A DNA stretch of 49,298 nt from the NCBI GenBank assembly GCA_051294375.1, contig CM119267.1, forward strand, positions 1,305,215 to 1,354,512, written 5' to 3'. Position numbers and translations under genes: made by a program. Below the pieces are notes generated by a model. The model was not told the origin of the DNA, ran no database searches, and saw nothing but the letters and a program-made list of their open reading frames with translations. This DNA comes from Paraspadella gotoi. Lineage: Eukaryota > Animalia > Chaetognatha. Shown piece by piece: positions 12,840 to 24,400 of this stretch (position 1 is the stretch's first letter; every line of letters starts with the position of its first letter).

Positions 12840-13017
12840 TCCTTCCTCCATCATGTAACTCCCTCCTCTCATCTCCTCCCTCTCTCTCCCCCTTTTCATG
12901 CCCTCCTCCTCCCCTTCGTCCTCTCCCTTCCTCCTTCTTTCCTCCCTCTCGTCATTCCTCTTCCTCAACAACGTTCTCTTCCTCTTCCTCCTCCTCTTCC
13001 TCCTCCTCCTCCGCCTC

Positions 13018-13144
13018 ATGTCCGATTGTTATCGACTCGTTTTCGGCGACGAGGACTTCCGGTCGCCACGCGGCGCCAAGGCCACGCCCACCACGCGATT
13101 GGCGCCGGACGCGCTTCAACGCCGTCTGCGCAACGGCGTGGATG

Positions 13145-13181
<37 letters not shown>

Positions 13182-14055
13182 AGGCGACGCATCATATAAA
13201 CATTCAGATGCCGTTCAAGAGATTCTCAAACGGCGATCCCGGTTGAATCAGGACGCCGCTAGAGCGAAATCGGAGATCCCGGTGGACACCGGGAACACGC
13301 TAGACTTCGGCGCCGACTTCTCGTCGACGACGCCGCGGAATGAAGACGACGCCGGGTCGAGCGCGGCGACGGAAAGGGGCGCTCTACCGCCGGGCGGGAG
13401 TCTGACGAGAACGTGTAGCCCTGCTCGGACGGACAGCCCGGCGCGGGACTCGTTCGCCTCCACTGAAGACGACTTCGGGCATCCGCGGGCGTGCGCTCTT
13501 TCAAGGTATTACGGCATTCGGATGTTGGGTTTTGTAAACAGGCTTGGGACACTGGGTGCTTTGGCAATGGGCTTTGGACTGAGAGAGTCTTGCATGGACC
13601 TGCTATGTCATTATGTTGTAAGAAAGGAGGTGTGGCGGTATATCCACCATTGTTTGGCCAATCCCATTGGCTCAGTGGGGGAACGCGCCATCCCAAGCGT
13701 TGTGTTCCATCCACAGTCCTAACGACTTCCCTCTGCGTTGGCAAAGCGAGACCGTCCTAGGGTAAACGCGCCAGTGACTAGAGGGGTCACAGGGTCGGAA
13801 GCCCCCAAAGCCAACAGTGAGATGCCTAATGCCGATGGGCATCGCAGGCAACCCGGCTGTTGCCATAGAGACCATAAGCGAGCAAAGACTTTTAAAGTCA
13901 GGGACAAGATAGCTTATTTATTAATTGAATGAATAATTTCATATCATATTTATCCCAGTGGCTCCTTCTCTCCCGACGATTCTCCAACTCCATCTTCCTC
14001 CCGCCCTTCGTCCGCTGGTCGCCTTCGACTGGACACTTATATCACCGAGTCCGCT

Positions 14056-14088
<33 letters not shown>

Positions 14089-14656
14089 TCCGATGAGGAA
14101 TCTCAAACGACGCCGACCGACGACGCAATTCCTGGTCTTGACTACACAATCGGCGCTGGTCGACTCGACACCCGAGAAGTCGACGAGCTGCTTCGATACT
14201 GCGCCGCTCCGCCGGCGGCCGGTCGTCGCGGGCGATCGAGAATTCCCAGCGCCAAAAGAGAAGGAGGAAGTCGGTCTTCCTCCCGGGATTTGGCCGAGGG
14301 AGGGAGGGAAAAGGGAACGGAAGACGAGGTTGGCGGATCGAGGTAAGGAGTAAGATTTTTTTTTTTCAAAAGGAAGAATCGCAAATATTAAAATAAGTAA
14401 GTAAATAAATAATTTAAAATAAACCAAACCTCTATGCCTAACCTTTAACCTAAATTATAAACTTAAAAAAATCATGTGCTGAAATGAGGCACTTTTAAAA
14501 AAGGTAGCCATTAAGTAAGTATATATATATAACTATATATAGTCTCTATATTTGGTCCAGATTCGAATCATCCGTCGAAAATCGAGACTCGAATCGATCA
14601 GAATCTCGATATCAAAGGATGAAGCAACATCTCAACAACGGCGTCCACTCCTCTTC

Positions 14657-14695
<39 letters not shown>

Positions 14696-16242
14696 CGATC
14701 CCAAGTCAAAGACAGAAGACGAAGACGACGACGACGACGACTCTGACTCGACGAAGCTCCTGAAGCGTCGGCTGCGGCGGTCTGAAGCGGACGTCCTGCA
14801 GCTGCGATTCGAGGCGGAGGAGATGAAAGGCTGCATGGCCGAGTACGAGGTCACCATCCAGCAGCTAATGAGAGGTGAGGTTTTAAAGAAGAGGGTGGGG
14901 TGGGGGGTAAGTAAGAGCGGATCGGAAATGGTAAGGAGGTCAAAGGGAGTTGAGTTGATTAGATTTATTTGATTAGATTTGTGCGAGTTGATTGGATTTA
15001 TTTCAGTTATTATATTGATTTGTGCGAGTTGATTGGGTTTATTTGAGTTAGTATTATATTGATTTGTGTGAGTTGATTTGATTTATTTGATTTGATTTAT
15101 TTGATTGATTTGTTTGATTTGATTAGATTTATTTATTGATTCTATTGATTTGATTACGTGGATTAATTTGATATAATATATTTGATTGATTTGATTTATT
15201 CGAAGCATGCCAGTGGCTGGTGAGATGTGAATATCTAATTATGAATGAAGAAAATGTTGCTTCTCAAAAAAATAATAATGGATTAACTTAACATTAACTT
15301 AACATTAACTTAACATTAACTTAACATTAACTTTCCCCGATTTCACGAAAGACAAAGACGCACTCAAATCCGGTAAGAGCGACGAGATGCAAGAAGCCTT
15401 GAAGGAGCGCGACTCAGCCCTGGAGGAGCTCAACTCGGTAGAGCGCTCCTTCAGCGACCTTCACCGACGCTACGAGAAGACCAAGCTGCTCATCGAAGGC
15501 TTCAAACGAAACGAAGAGTCGCTCAAGCGGGTCGCGGAAGAATGGCAGCAGGGTTTGAGAAAGGAGCAGGAGCGGTACAGGGCTTTGAAGGCTCACGCTG
15601 AAGAGAAGCTGGAGCAAGCTAATAAGGTAATGAGCTAATAAGGTAATAAGCTAATAAGGTGAGATGGAAAAGTGAGGATTAGTTAAGGCAAACTCAAATT
15701 TATTACTTTTTTATTTATTTATTTTTTTTTATAAAAATCTTTCAATGAAATTAATTTTGTCCTAAATACTAGATTTCTACATTAACATTTTGAATGATAT
15801 TGCTTTGTTGACAAAACCAAAAAAAAAGCAAATAATACTTGTATATTTTAAAATTGCGATAGGTAAGTGAAAATTTTAAACAGTAATGATTAATTGAATA
15901 TCAGTTATTCTGTCAGTTTTGAACTATTACTATGAAGTATCATCAACATCTAATTCCGTCGACTATTCACTCACTCGTCTTTTTTTCCCTCTCCCCCCCC
16001 CCTTCCTCCCTGCCCCCCCGCCCCCCCCTTCCTCCCTGCCCCCCGCCCCCGCCCCCCCATTGCCAGACGATCGACAGAGAGAAGCGTAAATCTCAGAAGA
16101 GGTGGCTTCATTGCAGGCGCGTTGAGAAAATTCTGAAATCAAGAGCTCCAATTTGGAAAAATCGTTGGAAGCGAAGATCAAAGAGAATGAAGAGTTGACC
16201 GCCATTTGCGACGAACTCATTGCAAAAGTCGGCAAGACTTGA
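13018..16242 (+). CDS. TACC: Transforming acidic coiled-coil (TACC) protein
   Basis: Exons 13018-13505, 13959-14342, 14561-14874, 15352-15626 and 16067-16242 have GT-AG ends and matching phases. TACC-domain motifs LNSVERSFSDLHRRYEK, RYRALKAHAEEKLEQAN and KENEELTAICDELI are present. The last exon needs indel correction and the start codon is uncertain. Confidence 0.9.
13579..13939 (+). mobile_element. 'Host' repeat copy in TACC intron 1, interrupted by the family 1 element
   Basis: Left flank 13597-13623 and right flank 13868-13939 are nearly contiguous in the 4484-4589 copy. Confidence 0.7.
13631..13867 (+). mobile_element. Structured ~237-bp element, family 1 copy B (TG...TA ends, 4-bp TSD)
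   Basis: TGTGGCGG...TTGCCATA flanked by GAGG and GAGA; homologous to 1112-1344. The empty site at ~4550 carries a single GAGG on the minus strand. Confidence 0.78.
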
Positions 16243-16415
16243 CTTCAAGGCTTCGATCGATGGGACCCGAGACTCGGATTCGGACTCGGGACCAAGACTG
16301 GGACGAGGACTCGAACTCCACTCTACTTATTCCGTTCAAGTCTTGAACCCAAACAGCTTTCTTCTTTTGAGTTAATGAATTTGAAAGAGAAAGAAAAAAT
16401 GCGAGTTGCAAATCA

Positions 16416-16525
16416 ACTTGGTACAACCGACGTAAAAATTAAAAAAATTATTGTTTAACAGAAAAGGTATTTTACACCCTGACTTTGGACAGGCATAGCC
16501 TATGGTGGTTTGAAAGCCTACATAC
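16416..16525 (-). mobile_element. Diverged copy of the 'host' repeat downstream of TACC
   Basis: TTGGTACAACC...CCCTGACTTTGGACAGGC...TGGTGGTTTGAAAGCCT is collinear with 4466-4556. Confidence 0.6.
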
Positions 16526-18474
16526 CTTTTATTTTTAAAACTTATGATGAGGACCTGGTCAGTGAGATTATAAATTTGATTATAACAAAATGTTCTCATG
16601 TTTGGATAAATAAAGTCACTATCCTAATCGTTATTATATTAATTTAATTTCTGGATTAGTTTTTTGCACACCCGATTTAGTCGCCTAAGCCATTTATTTT
16701 GTTAATTTTTTTCACAAAATTTTCAAAAATGTTGATCTCATTTAAAAGAAATTTATGCATATATTCAATGACCAAAAATTTTGTGATACTTTGAAAAAAA
16801 AATCGCTTTGATCCCAAATCTTAATATCGAGATAAAAAAAAGAAATAAATTGGCCATATTTTCGGAAAGCGCCTAATTTTAGTGGATTTTTAGGTTTGAA
16901 GATAAGGATTATATAATGGATTTAACTATTGATGAGGTAATAAATTAAGGCTTAACGATTATGGTACAGAATTCGGGATCAGGAATAAATACTTGATAAA
17001 AAAATTAAGTTAAAATATCATTTAAATATCATTTAAATATCATTTAATCGATAAACCACAACAACAACAAAGCTAAAATTAAGGGATGAGGAACAGAAAT
17101 GGGTCGCTTTCGGATAATAGTGCCAAAATATCTATCGTTGTTTGATCTTTGTCTCTACCTCCGTTTTAAAGCTTTAGTTTTTTGAATTGTTTTAATTTTG
17201 AATCATGAATTGTTTTACAAAGCAGAATTTAAATCTGCATTACTCAATGGACGCTAAATAGCAATTACATATTTCAAGAGACTACACTAGCATTTTTAAT
17301 AAGTCTTAATCTCACTAACAAAATATCGCTGCTCCGCTGATTACATATTAAAAGCTTTAAAACTACAATCAAAATATCAGCTGCTTAGCCCTCGGATGTT
17401 TTACTGAAGAAAAGGTGAACATTTGTAAGACGTTTCATGGTTCGGAATGTCGTTTGGAATTTTTATTTGCTGTTAACATGACCCGTCGTGCTATTCTTTC
17501 TCTCTCTCTCTCCAAAAATAAAAAAAAGATAAAAAAAACAAACAAACAAACAAACAAAAACTTGTTTTTTATTTATATACTTTACTGTTAAGTCAGCAGA
17601 AAGAGTATTTGAATTTTGGTTGTAAATCACAGTTGACAACTTAACACAAATCACATTGTATTAAGAATCTTAAAACTAAATATAAAGCTTCGCAGCTTCC
17701 AGACAATATTTTTTTTCATATTATTTTTCATATCTTACCATTTTCATATAACGTTAAAGAACGTTTAAGGATCATTTTAACATTTTCATATAATTTTCAT
17801 CTCTGGTTAAAACTCTACAGAAAAAAAAGGTGCTAGATAGCGCCAAAATTATGCTAAAAATAGCTAGATTTTTTAACTATGCTAAATATTATGCCAAATT
17901 ATCTTATAGCTGATTTAATGCAAAACTGTTATGAGAGCATGGAGAAATTATTAATAGAGCCTATGAAAAATTATTTAGACAGATAAGAACAAAAAAATAC
18001 AAAAAATGAGACTTTTTGTTAACTGCAACGAGCCATATTTTTTAAACAGACCAACCAACCAACTGATGCCATCTAGTGTCTTGCATTTGTAAAGTTGTTT
18101 CAACGTGCTACTACTAGTGTTACAGAACTACACAAGCATCTCAGAGGAAAATCGCTAATAACTAAATACTTTGGCTTTATTGTATAAATGCTAGCAATCC
18201 GTTCCTGGTCTCAAATAATTGTAATGGGAATTAACATGATTGTTATCAAAGAAATAAATAATAAAATAAGCAAATAGCATAATTTATACAGATTGATGTT
18301 GCCAGAAGAAATGTTTTCATAGTTTTCACAGATTGTATGCTATATGCCAGATCAATTTTTTACTAGTCATAAATTATACCAGATCTGGCAATTTTTTTTT
18401 AATTAAAAAAAGTCGATTTTCATATAATTTGACCCAAAAATATTTTTGCGCTTCACGTATTTATCGTCATAAGT

Positions 18475-21400
18475 TCATAACACGACCCATGAGGACATCT
18501 CTGTAAAAAATGAGGAAGGGGAAAGCAGAAACAAAATGATGGCAAAATTAAAACATAAAATAACAAAAACAAATAAATAGATAAATATATAAGTAATTTT
18601 GACAAACTAAGAGAAAAACAGAAAATTTTTGTTTTGTCTTTGTTAAAACATTTTTTTACTACAATATGCAAATGAATTTAAAGGACTCTCTAACCTGTTT
18701 CTTCGCCAGCGAGCGACGCTGTTTGACCAATGACTGGAATCGAACGAATCGAATTTTCCCGGTCGTCGTCGTCATTCGTTGGCGTCGTCTCTCTCAGAGG
18801 AAGACGCAGCCTCGATTGACGCGGCGGTGGCGGTGGCGGCGGCGGCGGCGGCGTTAGCTGCCCCGTCGTGCAGGGTCGCAAGTCGGTAGCGTCGCAAAAC
18901 GAGGTTGTGGGCGTGGCGGGGCGCCGCGGCAAATGGCGATTGGCTGCGTCGTCTCTCAGATGATCGGCATTGCAGTAAATAGATGAGCATCCTACGTCGA
19001 CTTTGGAAGGGGGGAAGGCAGAATGTTTATGCGGATGAGGCGCAAGGTTTGCTGGTGACTACAATCCATATCTTCTGTGCCCCCTCAGCAGCTATGGAAC
19101 GGGTCCTGGGCTTGTAACCAGGCTTGAGGGTTTCCAAGCTCCCAAGGCCGTTTACGGCCGTCCTCAAGCTTCCCGCAGGGTAGGTATCATAGGGGATCAA
19201 TCCCGGTGCCTTTTGGTCATGAGCTTAAGGTATTACTCAATTGTCTCAGAAAAGTATCACCTAATTTATGCTTGATGCCTCATAACTTCATCAGTCACCC
19301 CCACTTTAGGATCCGCCACTTTAGGATCCGCCACTTTAGGATCCGCCAATACCAATTCAAATCTTACCTCTTGCATTCGGAGTCGACGAAGCTGATGCTA
19401 TAAATTGATCGTAGCCATACAAAAAGTTGGGGTTGCCAGTTTGGAACCCAACCTGTGGAGATTGAACGAAAGATCATTAAAACTTCCATTCAAATGCCGA
19501 TATCTCACTGTCAGTCTGTGTGAATGTGTCTCTATTTTTTCATATGGCCATCTTCCCTTCTGTCCCGTTCAGAGTTTAACTGTCTGTGTGAATGTTTGTC
19601 AGTCTTTATGACAGTCAATTTATCCATTTTGTCTTTCACGAACCTGTACAGGAAAGCCCCCGTAATGGTAAGGAACTGGAAAAGCGATGGGTGACGCCAT
19701 TGGCGATGCAAACGGTACCTGCGCCATCGACGAAGACATCGACGATGCAATCTGTGTTGCAAATGGCGCCTGCGCCATTGATGACGCCATGGGCGATGCA
19801 ATCTGCGTTGCAAATGGCGCCTGCGACATTGATGACGCCATGGGCGATGCAATCTGCGTTGCAAATTGTGCCTGCGCCATTGATGACGCCAACGCGGTGG
19901 ATCTTGCCATCGTTGGATGGGGATGAAGGCGGTTGTAAGTGTGAGAGGTTGCAGGTGGCGGCGATGGATGGTTGGGGTTAATTTGGTGAGCGTGGCAAGG
20001 GTAAGGCGACGCAAGCGGTGAAGGGGTGAGGCAAGGTGAAGCGTGAGGAAGATGAGTTGAACGTTGCTGCGGCTGCTGGTGCTGCTGCATGTGATGCTGT
20101 GGTGGCTGCATATGTTGCTGTGGCTGCAGTTGCATATGTTGCTGCGGTTCTTGCATCCATTGCGGTTTTTTGTGCTTGTGACGAGGACCAGGTTGCTGAT
20201 GGAAGAGAGATTGCTGGCTTGGATTCTGTGGTTGCAACTTATAATTGTTTCGATTGTATTGCAGTTGGTTGTGTTCGTGATGTCGTTGATGATGATGTTG
20301 TTGTTGTTGATGTCGTGGATGATGTTGTTCTCCCGTTGTCCGCCGATGGCGCTGAAGTCGCGGCGAAGTTGGCGTCGACGCGGACGTTGTGTCGGAAGAT
20401 TTGGAGGAGAGATCCAGCGGAGATTCTTCGAAAGGATCGTCGAGTGTAACCGAAAAACTAAAGTGGAGGAAAAGGAGAGAAAGAGAGAGAAAGAGAGAGA
20501 GAAATATTCACCTCAAGGAGTTAATACTATAATGTGCTCTGCAGTAGCATCAAAATACAGAGAGCAGACTAATTTAATATTGACTAATTAAAAAAAATGT
20601 TATGTAATTTAGCCAATTGATACTACAACCTAACATCGTTTACTGTCAGCTAATCATAAATGGTCATCATAAAATCTCACCAGGATGAACCGCGCTTCTA
20701 AAGGTCCAAGGTCTAAGGGCCCAAGTCCAAGGTTCAAGATACAATGTCTAAGGGCCCAAATCCAAGGTTCAAGATACAAGGTCTAGGGCCCAAGTCCAAG
20801 ATACAAGGTCTAGGGCCCAAGTCCAAGGTACAAGGTCTAAGGGCCCAAGACCAAGGTCCAAGATACAAGGTCCAAGTTCTAAGGGCCCAAGTCCAAGGTC
20901 CAAGATAAAAGGTCCAAGGTTCCCCCCTCCGAGTCCCCAAATCATTGGAGAACTTACCTTCTTTGTCTTGGACTTTGATAATAAGTGGATCTCTGTGACT
21001 CAAGGGGAGGCGCCATCTTGGGTCGAACAGATGAGAAGCAAACTGCGCGACGGAAATGATGATTAAATATTAAATAATCGTTGTTGTTAATTATTAACTA
21101 ATTAATTAATTATTAATTAATTGTTGTTCTTAAATTATCCAATTTATTAAACTGACCGTTTGATGTTCGCGGATGCGTCGATCTTGAAAAGTTCATTCGG
21201 GGATTTGGCTGAAAATATTAAACTTATATTTTGATGTTGGTTGTACCAAATTTCATTTATCAATATCGTCTTGATTCACTCCGACAGAACCCTGGCTGAA
21301 CTGGCACTGACTCACTCCGACTCACTATTCTCTACTCATTTCGACTAACATGGCCCCAAGAAGTTCTCCCGATGGCAGGGGGTACTGGGGCATTCTATAC

Positions 21401-24400
21401 GAAGGGGAGCTATATACTAGCCACAGAAGGAGTATCCCGACTCACCACTCACTCTGACCTACCTCCAACAAACTCTGATTCACTCCAACTTAACCTGAAT
21501 TATTCAGACTCACCCCGACTTACCCCTTAACCTGAATTATTCAGACTCACCCTGACTCGCTGGCAATAAAGTTGGACGTGACCCTTCTGTCCGCATGTCC
21601 AGCAGACGATGTCCGGACAGAAGGATTTCACGTGATCAAGTGATCCGCATTGAAAACAGAATCTGAGAAAAAGAAATGAGGAATTAGGAAAATAGACAAC
21701 ATATTGATAAACATTTAAACGAAAATAAAAATAATACAAAAGAAACACAAATAAACAACATATAAACATACAAACTTAACCAAAGGTCAAAAAAACCCAA
21801 CATCGGATAAAAATGAAAAAAATACAAAAAAATAAAACAACAAAATAAACAAAACTTGAAAAAAAATAGCAAAACAAAACAATTTCTGAAACAAAAAAAA
21901 AAAAAAACCAAAAAAACAGAGCACGAATTAAAACATAGCCAAATCCCTTAACCAATGATCTAACCAACGATCTAACCAATGACCTAACCTCATCGGAGCC
22001 GAAGAAGGTGTTTTCGCTTCGGATAAATTTTCTCTCGATTTTCGATGAGAAAAGTAAAAAGTTTTGGAATTATAAGAGTTGGAGGCTGAGGGAGAGAGAG
22101 GGAGAGGGGAGGAGGGAGAGAGAGGGAGTGGGGAGGAAGAGGAAGGGGAGGAGGAGGAGTAGGATGATTTAGTGGAATCTGGGGGGAAAATAAAATTCTT
22201 TGTTACTTTCTTTCTTTCCTTTTTCCCTTTCCACTTCACCTCTCTACTCCTCCTTCCTCCCCCTTTTCCTCTTTCCTCCCCCTCTTCCTCCTCCTCCCTC
22301 CGTCTTCCTCCCTCACCTCTTCGCTGGATAGGAAATGTTTCGAAAAGTCCCTGCGAAGTTTGACAGCTCACAGTTCGGCTTCTTTGTTCTGACCAAGAAA
22401 TTTGGGATAGGTTGATTTAATGAAATAACAATTTTAAATTGATTAAAATCAATTTTTAAATTCATATCTCTGCTTCCTAGAAAAGCCTACCTCTACCTAC
22501 CAATTTCTTGCGTAGTACTTCATTGACGACTTGCCGAATAGAACACCCACGGATGAACCCACCAAAGTATTGACTTATTTATCTATTGTCCTTTGTTAAA
22601 TGCCTCATCTCTCTCCCCCACCCAAGGTTCGACCTCACCTCAAAACCTTACCTCGCACGTCGCATTCCTCTTGCAGCTGCATGTGGATGTTCCTGATCAG
22701 ACTCTCCGTGTCCTGAGGGAGTCGGTAGTACTTGCATTCGGCGAGGAGAAAGTCCAGCCAACCGCCGATCTGCGGTGGAGAGAAGAGAGTCGCTCGTTGA
22801 GTGATCACTGATCACTGATCAGAATCGATCGAAAAATTCAAGAGGTTATGGCAACGGGAGGGGACATGTGTGTTGGGCGGCGTGAGAGGAATCTTTCGAG
22901 CGCTGGCGCTCAGGGATTTGGACCTGCAGTGACCACGCAATGTCGCTGGCGTTTTTATGCCGATACCATCAGGCTTTAACCAGCGTGACCGTGAGGGGAT
23001 TGAACTCGGAACTCACGGGTGGTGAACGAGTACATAGACGTCCAAGCCAATGGGACAAGCTGAGTTTCACTAAGCTATAAGGGAGGCGAATTTAGGATTC
23101 GCCACAAGGTCAATGATAGTTGTCAGTGTTACATCTTTTTTCATAAACTATCTTCAGGATTGTTCTATAAGTTTTCAATATCATCAATCCCACTACTTTT
23201 GCAGTCGCCTTTACCCTTACCCTTTCTCTTAACCTTACCCTTGGCTTCCAACCTTCTGCTCCACCATTGATTGGTACGATTCGTTTATTTAGGTGACGAG
23301 CGTATTCCAGTTCCGCTCGACAGTTCTTACTGTTTTCGTAGTCTTCGCTGTAGACAACCAGTATTATGCTGGATTCTGAGAATAAAAAGGGGACAAAATT
23401 AAATAAAAGAATTTAAGAAAAGTGATAGTTAATTGGTTCTTCATTGTAAGAAGCAGAAGAAAATGAAATTGCGATTGATCATACCGACGCTGATGCTTGA
23501 AAAAACAAAAATTTAAAAAAAAGTTAAAAGTTGAAGGAAAAATGATAGATTGAGTTTACCTTTAGCATTCCGCGATTGCCACATAACTAACCTGACACGG
23601 TCACACAACCGAAACTTTCTGCCCCGTCCACCCTGCCCCGTCTGCCCATTTACATACCTGCCATTTACATACATGCCATTACATACTGCCATTTACATAC
23701 ATGCCCATTACATACCTGCCATTTACATACATGCCCATTTACATACCTGCCATTTACATACATGCCCATTTAACCAATACTGATTTACATACCTGCCACC
23801 GCCTGACTCATCGCTTCGTTCATCTTTCCTTGCATTCTTTCAACGTCGACCCAAACAAGAATCCCTTCGGCTTTGAGTCGCTTAACCACGACGTCTTCGA
23901 CCAACTGTTTGCTCTGGGGAAAGGGACGTGGGAAATTGGCAGAGCGGTCGGGGTTGATCGTTCCAGAATTCACTCATCGAAATTGGGATAAAAATTATCT
24001 ATTTATTCAATTAGTCAGCTATTTTGTTTCTTAATTTTGACCAGCATTGGCGATTGAATACTTTGATCCATTTTACAAGATAATAACACAGCATGACCCT
24101 AAAAGCAATTAATCAAGTCTGACAGAGAATCTTTCTTCCTAACCATTGAAGTAAAAGGGCCACTCCTTACTATTTAATTAAGTAAAATAACATTAGTTAA
24201 TGAATTTCATAGTACATAGACTGTGAGAGAGTCTTGTAGCAATGTTTCTATCTTGTAACAGGGAAGGATGGCGTCACCGTCTCATATATGAGATAGGCGG
24301 ACCGAGGAAGGAGCAGGGCGTTAACCTGGAGGCCCTTTTTCAAAATATAACATTGTGTATGAGATAGGCGGACCGAGGAATGAGCAGGGCGTTAACCTGG

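Noticed and set aside
19100-19125. Twister ribozyme: the minus-strand loop GGTTACAAGCCC (GGTTCCAAGCCC at 26.8 kb) resembles twister L4
   Set aside because: I could not place the P1/P2 stems, the UAA cleavage bulge or a covarying T1 partner. A cmsearch with Rfam twister models would settle it.
19592-20591. Plus-strand ORFs (19592-19981, 19687-19926, 20036-20449, 20064-20591)
   Set aside because: Antisense shadows of the repetitive minus-strand exon 20457-19644.
21527-21769. Retroviral Gag remnant suggested by tandem zinc knuckles
   Set aside because: The knuckles form a 112-nt GT-AG exon in phase with its neighbours, with no capsid, protease, RT or LTR nearby. A distant Gag origin is not excluded.
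22500-22585. Extra TIR-gene exon ending at GTAGGT
   Set aside because: Only weak acceptors are available, and its exit phase does not fit; exons 4 and 5 join correctly without it.
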